Shown here one piece after another: positions 40,655 to 50,546 of a DNA stretch of 64,000 bases. Source of the stretch: an uncultured Planctomycetota bacterium (lineage in GTDB: Bacteria; Planctomycetota; Planctomycetia; Isosphaerales; Isosphaeraceae); contig CAWGMQ010000008.1 of NCBI GenBank assembly GCA_963823665.1, positions 2,112,001-2,176,000 on the forward strand, read 5' to 3'. The notes under the pieces are model-generated. The model was not told the DNA's origin. It was given only the letters and a program-made list of their open reading frames with translations, and searched no databases. The stretch's first letter is position 1. The number at the start of each line of letters is the position of its first letter. The translations under genes and the position numbers were made by a program.

Positions 40655-41500
40655 ATGAAGCCCTGCATCAGCCAAGCGACCACCTTGAAGAGCCCCTTCG
40701 AGGCGGACCCAGCCATCTTCTCGCGCAATGGCTGGACCGACGTCGAAATCTGGTTGACCAAGCTCGAGACGTTTCTCCAGGACCATACGCTTGCCGAGGC
40801 CAGAAAAACGCTTGAATCCGAGGGCATCCGACCCGTCGCCGCGGCTTCCCAGGGCGGGCTGCTCTTATCCCGCGGGGACGGGCGAGAAGCTCACTGGAAG
40901 CACTTCGCGAATCGTTTGTCCATACTCGCCGAGCTCAAAGTGCCCGTGCTGATCGTGACGCCGGATTTCGTGGCGCAGCCGAATCACGACGATTACATTC
41001 GCGCGGCCGCTTCGCTCGGTGAAGCTTCCGAGATGGCGGCGACTTTCGGCGTGCGGTTGGCTCTCGAATTTCAAAAGACTTCGTCGTTCTGCGCCTGCCT
41101 GGAAACGGCGCTCGCGCTCATCGAACAATCCGGCGCCTCGAGTGCCGGCGTTTGCCTTGATGTGTTCCATTTCTTCACCGGTCCGAGCAAGACGGAGGAT
41201 CTCGCGCATCTGAACGCGCAGTCAATCGCGTGGGTCCAGGCGAGCGACCTGATCGGTACGCCGCGCGAACTGGCCACTGACAGCGACCGTATTTTGCCGG
41301 GCGAGGGCGACTTTCCACTCGGCCCATTCTTCGAGCGCCTCCGCCAGACGGGATACGATGGCCACGTCTCGCTCGAAATCCTCAATCCACATCTCTGGCA
41401 AGTCGATCCCGATCGCATGGCCGATCTGGGACGCCAGGCCCTCCTCCGCGTGCTGGGTCCATGGCAAACCACGCCCGCGGAATCGAAAGGAGGGTGCTAG
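40655..41500 (+). CDS. Sugar phosphate isomerase/epimerase (xylose isomerase-like TIM barrel)
   Basis: LALEF, LDVFHF, DSDRILPGEG, GYDG.VSLEI. Confidence 0.88.
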   Translation: MKPCISQATTLKSPFEADPAIFSRNGWTDVEIWLTKLETFLQDHTLAEARKTLESEGIRPVAAASQGGLLLSRGDGREAHWKHFANRLSILAELKVPVLIVTPDFVAQPNHDDYIRAAASLGEASEMAATFGVRLALEFQKTSSFCACLETALALIEQSGASSAGVCLDVFHFFTGPSKTEDLAHLNAQSIAWVQASDLIGTPRELATDSDRILPGEGDFPLGPFFERLRQTGYDGHVSLEILNPHLWQVDPDRMADLGRQALLRVLGPWQTTPAESKGGC

Positions 41501-41502
41501 AC

Positions 41503-42006
41503 ATGTCATCGCTGGTAACCCTCCAACCCGCAGCGGTCATTTACCGCGAGGAACAGTATTTTGATTGGCGAATCTACAGTTTCATCGCTCTGGGCGAGAC
41601 CTTGACTGGCTTGGCGCTCTCACGCGGGCGAGTGATGTCGGTCGAATTCGGGCTCGGATTGGCGCTGGGGCTGGGCCTGCTCATGGTCGTGATCGTCTTC
41701 CTCTTGCACATGACGACCGAGGTCACGCCGACCAATCTTCGGGTGTGGTTCGGCTGGATCCCAACCTATCGCCGCGCGCTTCCAATCGACACCATTCGCT
41801 CTGTTGAAGTGGTCACATACCGCCCCATCGCCGATTACGGCTTCTGGGGCATCCGGTCCGGGCGAGACGGCGAACGTGCGCTCATAGCTCGCGGCAATCG
41901 CGGAGTTCGACTCGAGCTGACCGACGGCTCAAAACTCTTGATCGGCAGCCAGAAGCCCGAGCTACTCGCCGCCGCGATCGACCGGTCGTTGAGGAGCGTT
42001 ATCTGA
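41503..42006 (+). CDS. Membrane protein with PH-like soluble domain
   Basis: YREEQYF, two TM helices, YRPIADYGFWGIR, GNRGVRLEL.DG.KLLIGSQKPE. Confidence 0.75.
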   Translation: MSSLVTLQPAAVIYREEQYFDWRIYSFIALGETLTGLALSRGRVMSVEFGLGLALGLGLLMVVIVFLLHMTTEVTPTNLRVWFGWIPTYRRALPIDTIRSVEVVTYRPIADYGFWGIRSGRDGERALIARGNRGVRLELTDGSKLLIGSQKPELLAAAIDRSLRSVI

Positions 42007-43093
42007 ACACTGCGGATTGGATCAGTTCGTCGGCGGAGAACTCAACCACGGCCGTGCAGCTATCCGCTGCGCCATAGTATACGAGATACGAGCTGGCCGT
42101 CTCGATGATGCCGGTCGGGAAAACAACGTCCGGTACAAAGCCCGATCGCTCAAATTCAGCGGTAGGCTCGAAGATGGACGTTGCCGTCTTGCGGAGAATC
42201 TTCGCGGGGTTATGAGAGTCGAGCACGAGCACGCCGGTGGAATACATGCCCACCTCCCCCGGCCGGGACGGCTGGCGGTTGCCATGGTAAATCTCGACCC
42301 AGCCATCGGACGACCGCACCGGCGGTGTACCAGCCCCGACGCGGCCCGTTTCCCATAGGGCGCCTCCGCCGTGCAGGCATTCGTGCCGGCCCCAATGAAT
42401 CAGGTCGCCCGAGCGCGAGAGCCACATCTCAGGCCGGCAAAACGGCGTCGCTGCGTTCGGGCGATGCAGCGCGACGTACTCGCCGGCGATTCGCTCCGGA
42501 AACAGCACGACGTCCTTGTTTTCCGGGCAAAAGATCATCCCGTGGCGATCGAAGCTCTTGAAATCGGTCGTCGAGGCCAGTGAGGTTCCCGCGCCGTGAC
42601 GCGATACCGAGACGTATGTGATGTAAAACCGGTCGTTGAGGGCCGTGATTCGCGGATCCTCAACGCCAAATTCCTCGAGTTCCGAGCCGGGCAGAAACCG
42701 CACGTCGGTGATTTCACGCACGGACCTGCCATCTCCACAGCGCACAACGCGCAGATGCGAGATGAACGTCAACCGCACCAGTCCATCAGCCTTTCGTTTG
42801 ACAACCCGTGGATCGACCACTTCGAGGGTATCGTCCGCGACCCAGTCGATTTCCAGACCCACCTGCGCCGACCAGCGCGGCAGCGCCGTGTAGCCGGCGC
42901 GATGCTCGATGGGCCGCTCGGCCACGCGAACCATCAGTATAACTTCACCATTGACCATGATCGCGCCGGGATTGAACACTCCGACAACTCGGAAATCACC
43001 CCGCAGCGGCTCGAGATCAGCGGGGCAGAGCAGCAACCGCCCGAACTGGCGTTTCAAGAGCACTGGGAAGCTCCTTCGCGTGTAGACGAACAT
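41999..43093 (-). CDS. Glycoside hydrolase family 130 protein
   Basis: VFNPGA, GVEDPRIT, NKDVVLFPE, LHRP, VGAGTPP, VVFPTG, YYGAAD. Confidence 0.92.
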   Translation of the reverse strand: MFVYTRRSFPVLLKRQFGRLLLCPADLEPLRGDFRVVGVFNPGAIMVNGEVILMVRVAERPIEHRAGYTALPRWSAQVGLEIDWVADDTLEVVDPRVVKRKADGLVRLTFISHLRVVRCGDGRSVREITDVRFLPGSELEEFGVEDPRITALNDRFYITYVSVSRHGAGTSLASTTDFKSFDRHGMIFCPENKDVVLFPERIAGEYVALHRPNAATPFCRPEMWLSRSGDLIHWGRHECLHGGGALWETGRVGAGTPPVRSSDGWVEIYHGNRQPSRPGEVGMYSTGVLVLDSHNPAKILRKTATSIFEPTAEFERSGFVPDVVFPTGIIETASSYLVYYGAADSCTAVVEFSADELIQSAVFR

Positions 43094-43096
43094 CCA

Positions 43097-44227
43097 TCAA
43101 GATCTGGCCAGGCGATCTGCGGCACAGGCAGCCGCCAGCGAATCTCGACCGTTCGCCTCGGTGATCTTTCTCGTGTGGGAACGGTCGCGAATCCAGGCGA
43201 TCTGGTCGGCCATGAGCGCGCGAAGCAACTCGCCGTATCGGTGCGACTTGTTGGTGCCCTCGCCCCAGGAAAGTTCGATGGTCTGGTAGACATCAAGCGG
43301 ATTTCCTCGCGCGAAACAGGCCCGATCCCTGGGCGAATAGACGGCGGAGACGTCAAGCCTGGCGCCAGGAAACAAGTCGCAAAGAGCGCGAGTCTGCGCC
43401 TCATCGACGATCGCGTGAATGCGAACGTGTGTCGGAACCCAGTCATACAAGGTCACATCGCCCCAGTCGAAGAGCAGGCGCAGCTCCTGCCTATCCATGC
43501 GGCCGGCCTGATGGAAGCCGTGATAGAAGTTGACGAGGGTCGTCGGACCGTAACGCACCGTGCAATGGACGTGCTCCTCGAGTGGGGGTGACGATCCGGG
43601 GCGAACCCCGCACTGTGCGGCCACGACGGTGCCGGGGCCCAGCCAGCCGGCAAAGAGGTCGAAGAAGTGAACACCATGCTCGATGAAAATGCCGCCGCTC
43701 TTGGCTCTGTCCCAGAACCAGTGTTCGTGCGGCAGGTTTTCATCCGAGGCATAGTTCTCGAAGTATCCATGCAAGAGATCGCCCAGCAGTCGGGATTGGA
43801 TCAGGTGTTTGACCGCATCAAAAATGGGGTTGTACCGCTGCATCAGGTTGACCGTCAGAAGCAGGCCTCGTTCTCGCGCCGTGTCGTTCATCGCGTCAGC
43901 CTGCTCGAGCGTGATCGCCAGCGGTTTCTCGCACACAACGTGCTTGCCGGCCTCAAGCGCCTTGAGGCCCTGAGGAGCGTGAAGAAACGGCGGAGTCGCG
44001 ATATAGACCAGGTCGACATCGTCTCGCGCGAGCAGCACATCGACGTCCTGGATATCCGGAACACCGAAACGCTCCGCCGCGGCATGTGCCGCCGCGCGGT
44101 TCGTTCCCGCCATGCCGACCAGCTCCAGACCCGGTATCTGCGTGAATTGCTGCAGCGCATAGAGGCCGAATCCACCACACCCGATGACTGCCAGTCTGAT
44201 TTCGTCTTGATTCATCAAGCGCTCCAT
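43097..44227 (-). CDS. Gfo/Idh/MocA family oxidoreductase
   Basis: VIGCGGFG, IATPPFLH, GKHVVCEKP, SGGIFIEHGVHFFD. Confidence 0.93.
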   Translation of the reverse strand: MERLMNQDEIRLAVIGCGGFGLYALQQFTQIPGLELVGMAGTNRAAAHAAAERFGVPDIQDVDVLLARDDVDLVYIATPPFLHAPQGLKALEAGKHVVCEKPLAITLEQADAMNDTARERGLLLTVNLMQRYNPIFDAVKHLIQSRLLGDLLHGYFENYASDENLPHEHWFWDRAKSGGIFIEHGVHFFDLFAGWLGPGTVVAAQCGVRPGSSPPLEEHVHCTVRYGPTTLVNFYHGFHQAGRMDRQELRLLFDWGDVTLYDWVPTHVRIHAIVDEAQTRALCDLFPGARLDVSAVYSPRDRACFARGNPLDVYQTIELSWGEGTNKSHRYGELLRALMADQIAWIRDRSHTRKITEANGRDSLAAACAADRLARS

Positions 44228-44404
44228 GAGTATCGAATCAAGCTAGGGCGAGTCCCGTCGTTGATTCTGCTAGTTCGATCCTATGTGGTCAATTCGCCCG
44301 CAGTTAAGTTGGATCGTCCGGGGGATCATGCTTCAGGTAGAATAGACACCTTGAAGACCGCCGGCACGAAACATATTGGACGAGGCTAATCCATCCGGAA
44401 CGAC

Positions 44405-44902
44405 ATGGCAAAAGAAACATCGGAAGCACCGCTCGTCGGCGTCGTGATGGGGAGCAAATCCGACTGGGAAACGATGCGCCATTGCAGCGAGCTGTTAGCG
44501 GAGCTGGGAATTCCTCACGAGTCGAAAGTGGTCTCCGCGCACCGGACTCCGGAACGGCTCTATCGCTACGGACAAGAAGCCGAGGGCAGGGGCCTGGAAG
44601 TGGTGATCGCCGGCGCCGGTGGTGCCGCGCATCTTCCCGGGATGCTGGCAGCGATCACGATGTTGCCGGTTCTTGGCGTACCCGTGGAGAGCAAGACACT
44701 GCGGGGGGTGGATTCGCTGCTCTCAATCGTGCAGATGCCGCGTGGCGTGCCGGTCGGCACGCTCGCAATCGGAGCTTCGGGGGCAGCTAACGCAGCGATC
44801 CTGGCGGCGGCGATTCTGGGTCGAAAGTACCCGGAGATCCGCCGAAACCTGGCCCGATTCCGCCAGGCGCAAACGGATGCCGTGGGAGAGGCACCCACAT
44901 GA
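44405..44902 (+). CDS. purE: N5-CAIR mutase
   Basis: [36 protein letters not shown]. Confidence 0.98.
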   Translation: MAKETSEAPLVGVVMGSKSDWETMRHCSELLAELGIPHESKVVSAHRTPERLYRYGQEAEGRGLEVVIAGAGGAAHLPGMLAAITMLPVLGVPVESKTLRGVDSLLSIVQMPRGVPVGTLAIGASGAANAAILAAAILGRKYPEIRRNLARFRQAQTDAVGEAPT

Positions 44903-46119
44903 GCCGCCTCTCCTCACAACGCGCAGAACCGGTACAACAGGGCGTGATTTATCCGCCGGCGGCGCTGGGTGTCGTCGGCAGCGGTCAACTCGGCCGGATG
45001 TTCATCCAGGCTGCGCAGCGGATGGGTTATCGCGCGGGCGTCCTCGCGACCCATTCCGATGACCCGGCCGCGCAAGTTGCCCACTGGCAAGTGATCGGAT
45101 CTTCAGACGATCTGGCGACGCTTCGTGAATTCGCGGCGCAAGCCGATGCTGTCACCGTCGAATTCGAAAACGTTCCTGCCCACGCGCTGCGCTGGCTCGC
45201 CCGCGAGCGAGTGGTGCGCCCAAACTGGCAAACGGCCTGGATCTGCCAGAATCGACTCCGAGAGAAACAGTTCCTCACCAGTGTAAACCTTCCACACACG
45301 CCCTGGCGCGCCGTGCGGAGCGAGCCCGAGCTGGAGAGCGCCGTCAGAAGCCTTGGCCTGCCGGTGATTCTCAAGACAGCCTCATCGGGGTATGACGGCA
45401 AGGGACAGATCTTGATCAAGACCTGGGCTGAGGCTGCGGATGCCTGGGACAGCCTGGGACGAACTCACTGCGTGGCGGAGGCGGTGGTCAATTTTGCAGC
45501 CGAGCTTTCGGTGATTGTCGCTCGTGGTGTGGACGGACAAGCCGTCTGCCATCCCGTAGCCATGAACCGGCACGAGCGCCACATTCTCGACGCGACCACC
45601 ATGCCCGCCGCCGTCGGACCGATTGTCACAAAAGAGGCACATCAGCTCGCGCTGGCCGTCGCCGGCGCACTGGGCACGGTAGGTGTCTTGACTGTCGAGT
45701 TCTTCTTGAACGCGGATGGAAGCCTGCTTGTCAACGAAATCGCACCCCGGCCGCACAACTCCGGCCACTTGACGATCGAAGCCAGCGTGGCGAGCCAGTT
45801 CGAACAGCAAGTGCGAGCCCTGTGCGGCCTGCCGCTGGGTCAGACGGACCTAGTCTCACCGGCGGCGATGGTGAACCTCCTGGGTGACCTGTGGATTCGT
45901 GCCGGCGGTGAGCCGCGCTGGGAGGCTGCACTCGCGCTCGATCCGGGCGTTTCCGTGCATCTTTACGGAAAGCAAGCGGCGATCCCCGGTCGCAAGATGG
46001 GCCACATCACCGTGATGGACCAAGATCCCGACGCGGCGCTTTCTCGCGCACTGGCGGCCCGAGCGGCCTTGGTGTCCGGCCGCACCGCCGGAAAGCCGCG
46101 CAGCTCTTCGACGAGGTAG
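44899..46119 (+). CDS. purK: N5-CAIR synthetase
   Basis: [46 protein letters not shown] overlap with purE. Confidence 0.97.
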   Translation: MSRLSSQRAEPVQQGVIYPPAALGVVGSGQLGRMFIQAAQRMGYRAGVLATHSDDPAAQVAHWQVIGSSDDLATLREFAAQADAVTVEFENVPAHALRWLARERVVRPNWQTAWICQNRLREKQFLTSVNLPHTPWRAVRSEPELESAVRSLGLPVILKTASSGYDGKGQILIKTWAEAADAWDSLGRTHCVAEAVVNFAAELSVIVARGVDGQAVCHPVAMNRHERHILDATTMPAAVGPIVTKEAHQLALAVAGALGTVGVLTVEFFLNADGSLLVNEIAPRPHNSGHLTIEASVASQFEQQVRALCGLPLGQTDLVSPAAMVNLLGDLWIRAGGEPRWEAALALDPGVSVHLYGKQAAIPGRKMGHITVMDQDPDAALSRALAARAALVSGRTAGKPRSSSTR

Positions 46120-46124
46120 ATGTT

Positions 46125-47126
46125 ATGCGATTTGCTCAACCCGGATGGCTGTGGCTCATGATCCTCGTGCCTCTGCCGTGGCTGCTCGAACGCGCAAGGC
46201 CGCGGATCGCCTGGCCGAGCCTTGACGGCTTTCCACTCAAACGGCGAATCAGTTGGGTCTGGCTGCGAAGACTGCCACCATTTTTGTGCGGATTGGCGAT
46301 CGCTGCGCTCGCGGCGGCGCTCGCCCGTCCGCAAACCGTCGGCGGCACGACCAGGATCGCCGGGCGAGGAGTTGCAATCGTGGTTGCACTCGACCAGAGC
46401 TCGAGCATGAATACGCTCGATTTTCCAACCAACCGGGGAACCAGTAACTTTTCACGCCTGGATGCGGCCAAGAAAACCTTTATGCAGTTCGTCGAAGCGC
46501 GGCCGGACGATCTGATCGGTCTGGTCGTCTTTGCAAATTATCCCGGACTGGCGTGCCCGCCGACACTCAACCACCCGTTCTTGATCGAAAGCGTGGCGAA
46601 TGTCCGCACGCCTTTGGCCGGGGACGACGGAACCAACATCGGCGACGCGATTGCCGTTGGTCTCGATGCACTCCTGGTCGCGACCCCGAAGAAGAAGGTG
46701 CTGATTCTCTTGACGGACGGTCATAACGAGCCGTCAGGCCCTAAGCCGCTTGATCCCGTGGAGGGAGCGATGATCACCCAGAAACTCGGGGTTACGATGC
46801 ACACCATCGCGATCGGCCATGTGGGTGGACCTCCGCGCGGAGTCGATCCAAACCGCGACCGCCCGCCGGGGGGCGAGATTGAGGGCCCGAATGTCCCGCT
46901 GCTGGAAAAACTGGCGGAGCTCACAGGGGGGCGTTCGTTCGTCGCAACTGACGCGGATGCGCTCAATGTTGTTTTCAGAACGATTGACTCGCTCGAGAAG
47001 AGCCCGATTCGCGGCCAGATCCTCACACGATACGATGAACACTTTGCCGTGTACGCGAGTCTCGCCTTGACTCTGCTGCTGGTGGAACGTTTCCTGCGTT
47101 TAGGGAAGCTGGGGCAATTGCCATGA
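46125..47126 (+). CDS. BatA-like VWA domain membrane protein
   Basis: FAQP.WLWL, ALARPQ, MIDAS DQSSSM, GTNIGDAI, LLTDG, C-terminal TM. Confidence 0.9.
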   Translation: MRFAQPGWLWLMILVPLPWLLERARPRIAWPSLDGFPLKRRISWVWLRRLPPFLCGLAIAALAAALARPQTVGGTTRIAGRGVAIVVALDQSSSMNTLDFPTNRGTSNFSRLDAAKKTFMQFVEARPDDLIGLVVFANYPGLACPPTLNHPFLIESVANVRTPLAGDDGTNIGDAIAVGLDALLVATPKKKVLILLTDGHNEPSGPKPLDPVEGAMITQKLGVTMHTIAIGHVGGPPRGVDPNRDRPPGGEIEGPNVPLLEKLAELTGGRSFVATDADALNVVFRTIDSLEKSPIRGQILTRYDEHFAVYASLALTLLLVERFLRLGKLGQLP

Positions 47127-47217
47127 CAGTTGGTCGCCCCTCGTTGCACTGGTCGCGGTCGACTGGTTTGAGAAGGCAAGCCCCGAAAAATCGGTCTGAG
47201 ACGGCCGGGAGCTGGCG

Positions 47218-49077
47218 ATGAGCTTTGCCCATCCCGAATTACTGTGGCTGCTAGCCCTCTTGGTGCCGCTCTTCTTGTGGACGGTGCGGGGTCGGTGGCG
47301 ACGGCGGAAGCGGTGGCAGTCGCTGGCTCAGCGCGGCCGGCCATCGAGGGATGGAACACCAGCGATCGTCTGTTCGATTGCGTGTCTGATCATCGCGGTC
47401 ACTCAGCCGCGGTGGGGAAACCTACCGTCACCGAACCTTCCACCGGGCCATGACCTGGTGGTCGTCATGGACACCAGCCGAAGCATGGCGGCTGAAGACG
47501 CTGTTCCAAACCGGATGGCCCTAGCAGTCGAGGTCGCCGGAAGCCTCGTGAAAACGCTGGGGCAAGACGCCTCTAACCGAGCAGCGGTGGTGGCGTTTGC
47601 AGGGCGCGGCGTGCTGCGCTGCCCGCTCACGGAAAACCTGGGTGCAGTGCTTGATGCGCTCGATCGGTTGCGGCCCGGGTCAGTCACCCCCGGCGGCACC
47701 GACTTGGGCGCGGCCCTTGACGCCGCCATCGAAGCAGTGGCCGTCGATCCCCAAGAGCATGCTCAAGGACGGGCCGTCGTGATCTTCTCCGACGGAGAAG
47801 ACCATGCCGATCGATGGCGCTCCCGGCTGGAACGCCTGGGGCAGCAGGACATCGTCGTTCATGCCGTCTCGATCGGCGATGTCAAAGAAGGTCATCCGGT
47901 GCCGATTGGCAAAACCGCTGAACCGCTCATGTTCGAGGGAAAGAAAGTGCTCTCGATGCGGTCAGATGCCGCCTTGGAGGCGATCGCGCAGGCAACCGGC
48001 GGCACGATCGTGAAGCTAGGGTTATCTTCCGCCGATCTCGGCACATTGTATGAGTCCAAGATCGAGCCGTTGGCTCGCCGGCAGCATCAGGCAGCGAGGC
48101 TCGCCGGCAAGGCCGAGCGTTTTCCCTTGTTCCTGCTCACGGCTTTCGCATTGCTCATCATCGGATGCTTGCCGGCCAACCGGAGCTGGCACTGGCGCAT
48201 GAGCTGGCTTGGAAGCGCGCGTTGGCGTCGTCAATTGCGAGGCCTTGGACCTGCCGCGGTGGTTGTCATTGCTGTCTTCGCCGCGGGCGCCGCCAACCAT
48301 CCGCCACAGGCCCCCGCCCCGGCGGAATCGGCGCAGTTGGCCGTGGCCCAGGGGCGGGCATTGTATGACGCCGGTCGGCTCGAACCGGCGCTTGAGTTAT
48401 TCGAGAAGGCAACCGCGCTCGCTCCACGCTCGGCGGTCGCGCGATACAACGCCGCAGCCGCGCTCTACCAGCTCAAGCGGTACACGCAGGCTCGTGACCG
48501 ATATCAGGAGGCCCGCCTGCGGGCTGACTCTGTTTTGCGAATGAAGATCGATTACGCGCTCGGTAACACGTCACTCGCCCTGGGTGAGGTGAGTGCGGCG
48601 ATCAAATCCTACGACGACTGCCTCGGCTCAACCGCCGGAGGTGCGGCGGTCGAGCGTGTCCGCCGGGATGCCGAGATCAATCGCCGTTTCGCCATCGAGC
48701 AGGCACAGGCACCGGCAATCGCCGACGGCGAAAACCCCGACGGCCAGTCCCCTTCGACGCGGCAGAGCGGACGCCGAGGCCCGAATCCGCAACAGAACGG
48801 CGCCGACGAGCCGCCAGACGGACAGACGGACACCGGCGCATCCGGAGGAGGCGCAAACCCCGACGGCGACCAGCAAGACGAGCGATCCCGCCCGCCGACT
48901 CGCCGCCGCCGAATGGGTGGTGCCGGGCGCACAGGACAAGCGCCCCAGGGAACCCGTGGAGACTCACCCGAGGATCGCCTCGACGCAGCTCTCGAGAACA
49001 TTCGTGAGGCTGTCGAAAGCCGGCGTTTGCCCGAAGAAGCCCCTCAGGAGTCGCCAGCCCAGGGTAAGGACTGGTGA
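47218..49077 (+). CDS. BatB/BatC-like VWA + TPR protein
   Basis: FAHPELLWLL, QPRWG, DTSRSMAAED..PNR, FSDGED, TPR-like helices, low-complexity tail ending KDW. Confidence 0.88.
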   Translation: MSFAHPELLWLLALLVPLFLWTVRGRWRRRKRWQSLAQRGRPSRDGTPAIVCSIACLIIAVTQPRWGNLPSPNLPPGHDLVVVMDTSRSMAAEDAVPNRMALAVEVAGSLVKTLGQDASNRAAVVAFAGRGVLRCPLTENLGAVLDALDRLRPGSVTPGGTDLGAALDAAIEAVAVDPQEHAQGRAVVIFSDGEDHADRWRSRLERLGQQDIVVHAVSIGDVKEGHPVPIGKTAEPLMFEGKKVLSMRSDAALEAIAQATGGTIVKLGLSSADLGTLYESKIEPLARRQHQAARLAGKAERFPLFLLTAFALLIIGCLPANRSWHWRMSWLGSARWRRQLRGLGPAAVVVIAVFAAGAANHPPQAPAPAESAQLAVAQGRALYDAGRLEPALELFEKATALAPRSAVARYNAAAALYQLKRYTQARDRYQEARLRADSVLRMKIDYALGNTSLALGEVSAAIKSYDDCLGSTAGGAAVERVRRDAEINRRFAIEQAQAPAIADGENPDGQSPSTRQSGRRGPNPQQNGADEPPDGQTDTGASGGGANPDGDQQDERSRPPTRRRRMGGAGRTGQAPQGTRGDSPEDRLDAALENIREAVESRRLPEEAPQESPAQGKDW

Positions 49078-49111
49078 TGACGCACCACTGGAGCCGAATT
49101 TGGCCGTGCGA

Positions 49112-50518
49112 ATGCTACCAAAAAGTGTCGAGCGTTGCCTGAATCGTGTGAGGTCAATCCGTAGCAACAGCCTTTACCGTCGATGCTTCTGGTGCGCCAC
49201 GCTCGCGCTCGCTTTGCCAGGGGGGATTTCCGCAGCGTCGGACGATCCCGTTCACGTCCAGGCCGAGGTCGGCCGCGGACCCTACTTTGTTGGCCAAGGA
49301 ATCGAATTCCGGATCAGTGTCGCCGGCGGGCGTCACCCGCCCAAGATCGAACTGCCCACCATCCCATCCGCACGAGTGTGGCAGACCGGCACCGACAGCA
49401 GACCGATCAGTCGCTCGGAGATCGGCTCGATCGTCGGCGAAGAGAACGCCTTCGTAACTAAATTCCGCGTGGTTCCGACTCGCCCGGGAATGCTCCAGAT
49501 TCCGTCCGTTCCAGTTCGGGTGGACGAAACTTCGGGGCGAAGCCAAATCTTCAGGGTCGAGGTTCTCCCAGTGCCGGCTGCGGGGCGCCCGGCCTCGTTC
49601 CTCGGCGGGATCGGGCGTTTCACCCTCCGGGCTGATGTGTCGGCCAGCGCGGTTCGCGTGGGCCAGGAGTTTGATTTCCGGATCACGGTCTCCGGCCCCG
49701 CTGCCTGGGGCATGACCGAAGCTCCCGAGTTGACGCGTTACGATCGCGTTCCACTCGGCTTGCGAATCCGGACCGGGCCGACCCAGACCAAGGACGAGCC
49801 GCCCGAGCGTACCTTTACTTACCATCTCAGGCCGACGCGACCGGCCGAGGCCATGCTTCCGCCGATCTCGATCGCTGCATTCGACCCGGCATTGTCGCGG
49901 TTCATGACTCAGGTGACACCGAGTGTGCCGATCCGCGTCGTCGCGGCCTCGCCGTTCGATCCCGCCACAATCGACGACGGGGCTCGTCCATTACGTGCAA
50001 GTCAACCGGCCGACGGGCGGTGGGGCGCGTGGACTTTCTCTGCCTTCGCGCTCGTTGCAGTGTGTGTTTCCCTCGCGCTGGTGCGAAAACGTCTGCGCGA
50101 CCGGCGGCGAGCCGGAGAGTCTGCGGCCCGGCATTTTGCGGCTGGGCTGGCGCGAAGCCTTTCGCCTGACGGTTCTCTGCAAGGAACCGCGGAATGCGAT
50201 GAATCAGGCGTTTCGCTGCCGTTGATCGATGCTCAGGAAGGGCCACTTCGCCGCACAGCACGCCGGGTGAGAGACTTGCTCATTCGCTACCTCGAACTGG
50301 GCATGGAGCGACCTCCCGGCGCGCTGACGCCGGATGAAGCCTCCCACGGCGTTGCACTCGTGACCCGATCTGCGGATCTGGGGGCAAAAGCCGGTCAGCT
50401 CATGGCGTGTAGTGACCGGGTTCTGTACCGTGAATCATCCGCAGAAATCGGGGCGCCCGAGTTCCTGGCAGAAGCCCGAGCGCTCTTTGAAGCGCTCGGC
50501 AATGCGAAGCCGTCCTGA
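49112..50518 (+). CDS. BatD-like protein
   Basis: Signal-like segment, VGQGIEFRI, PASFLGGIGRF, VRVGQEF, FDP, TM helix; follows the two VWA genes. Start approximate. Confidence 0.75.
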   Translation: MLPKSVERCLNRVRSIRSNSLYRRCFWCATLALALPGGISAASDDPVHVQAEVGRGPYFVGQGIEFRISVAGGRHPPKIELPTIPSARVWQTGTDSRPISRSEIGSIVGEENAFVTKFRVVPTRPGMLQIPSVPVRVDETSGRSQIFRVEVLPVPAAGRPASFLGGIGRFTLRADVSASAVRVGQEFDFRITVSGPAAWGMTEAPELTRYDRVPLGLRIRTGPTQTKDEPPERTFTYHLRPTRPAEAMLPPISIAAFDPALSRFMTQVTPSVPIRVVAASPFDPATIDDGARPLRASQPADGRWGAWTFSAFALVAVCVSLALVRKRLRDRRRAGESAARHFAAGLARSLSPDGSLQGTAECDESGVSLPLIDAQEGPLRRTARRVRDLLIRYLELGMERPPGALTPDEASHGVALVTRSADLGAKAGQLMACSDRVLYRESSAEIGAPEFLAEARALFEALGNAKPS

Positions 50519-50546
50519 CGAAGCGAACCTGACGTGCCGACACCGA

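Noticed and set aside
48593..49111. N-terminal extension of the BatD-like ORF
   Set aside because: Overlaps the preceding gene out of frame and is low-complexity Arg/Pro/Thr.
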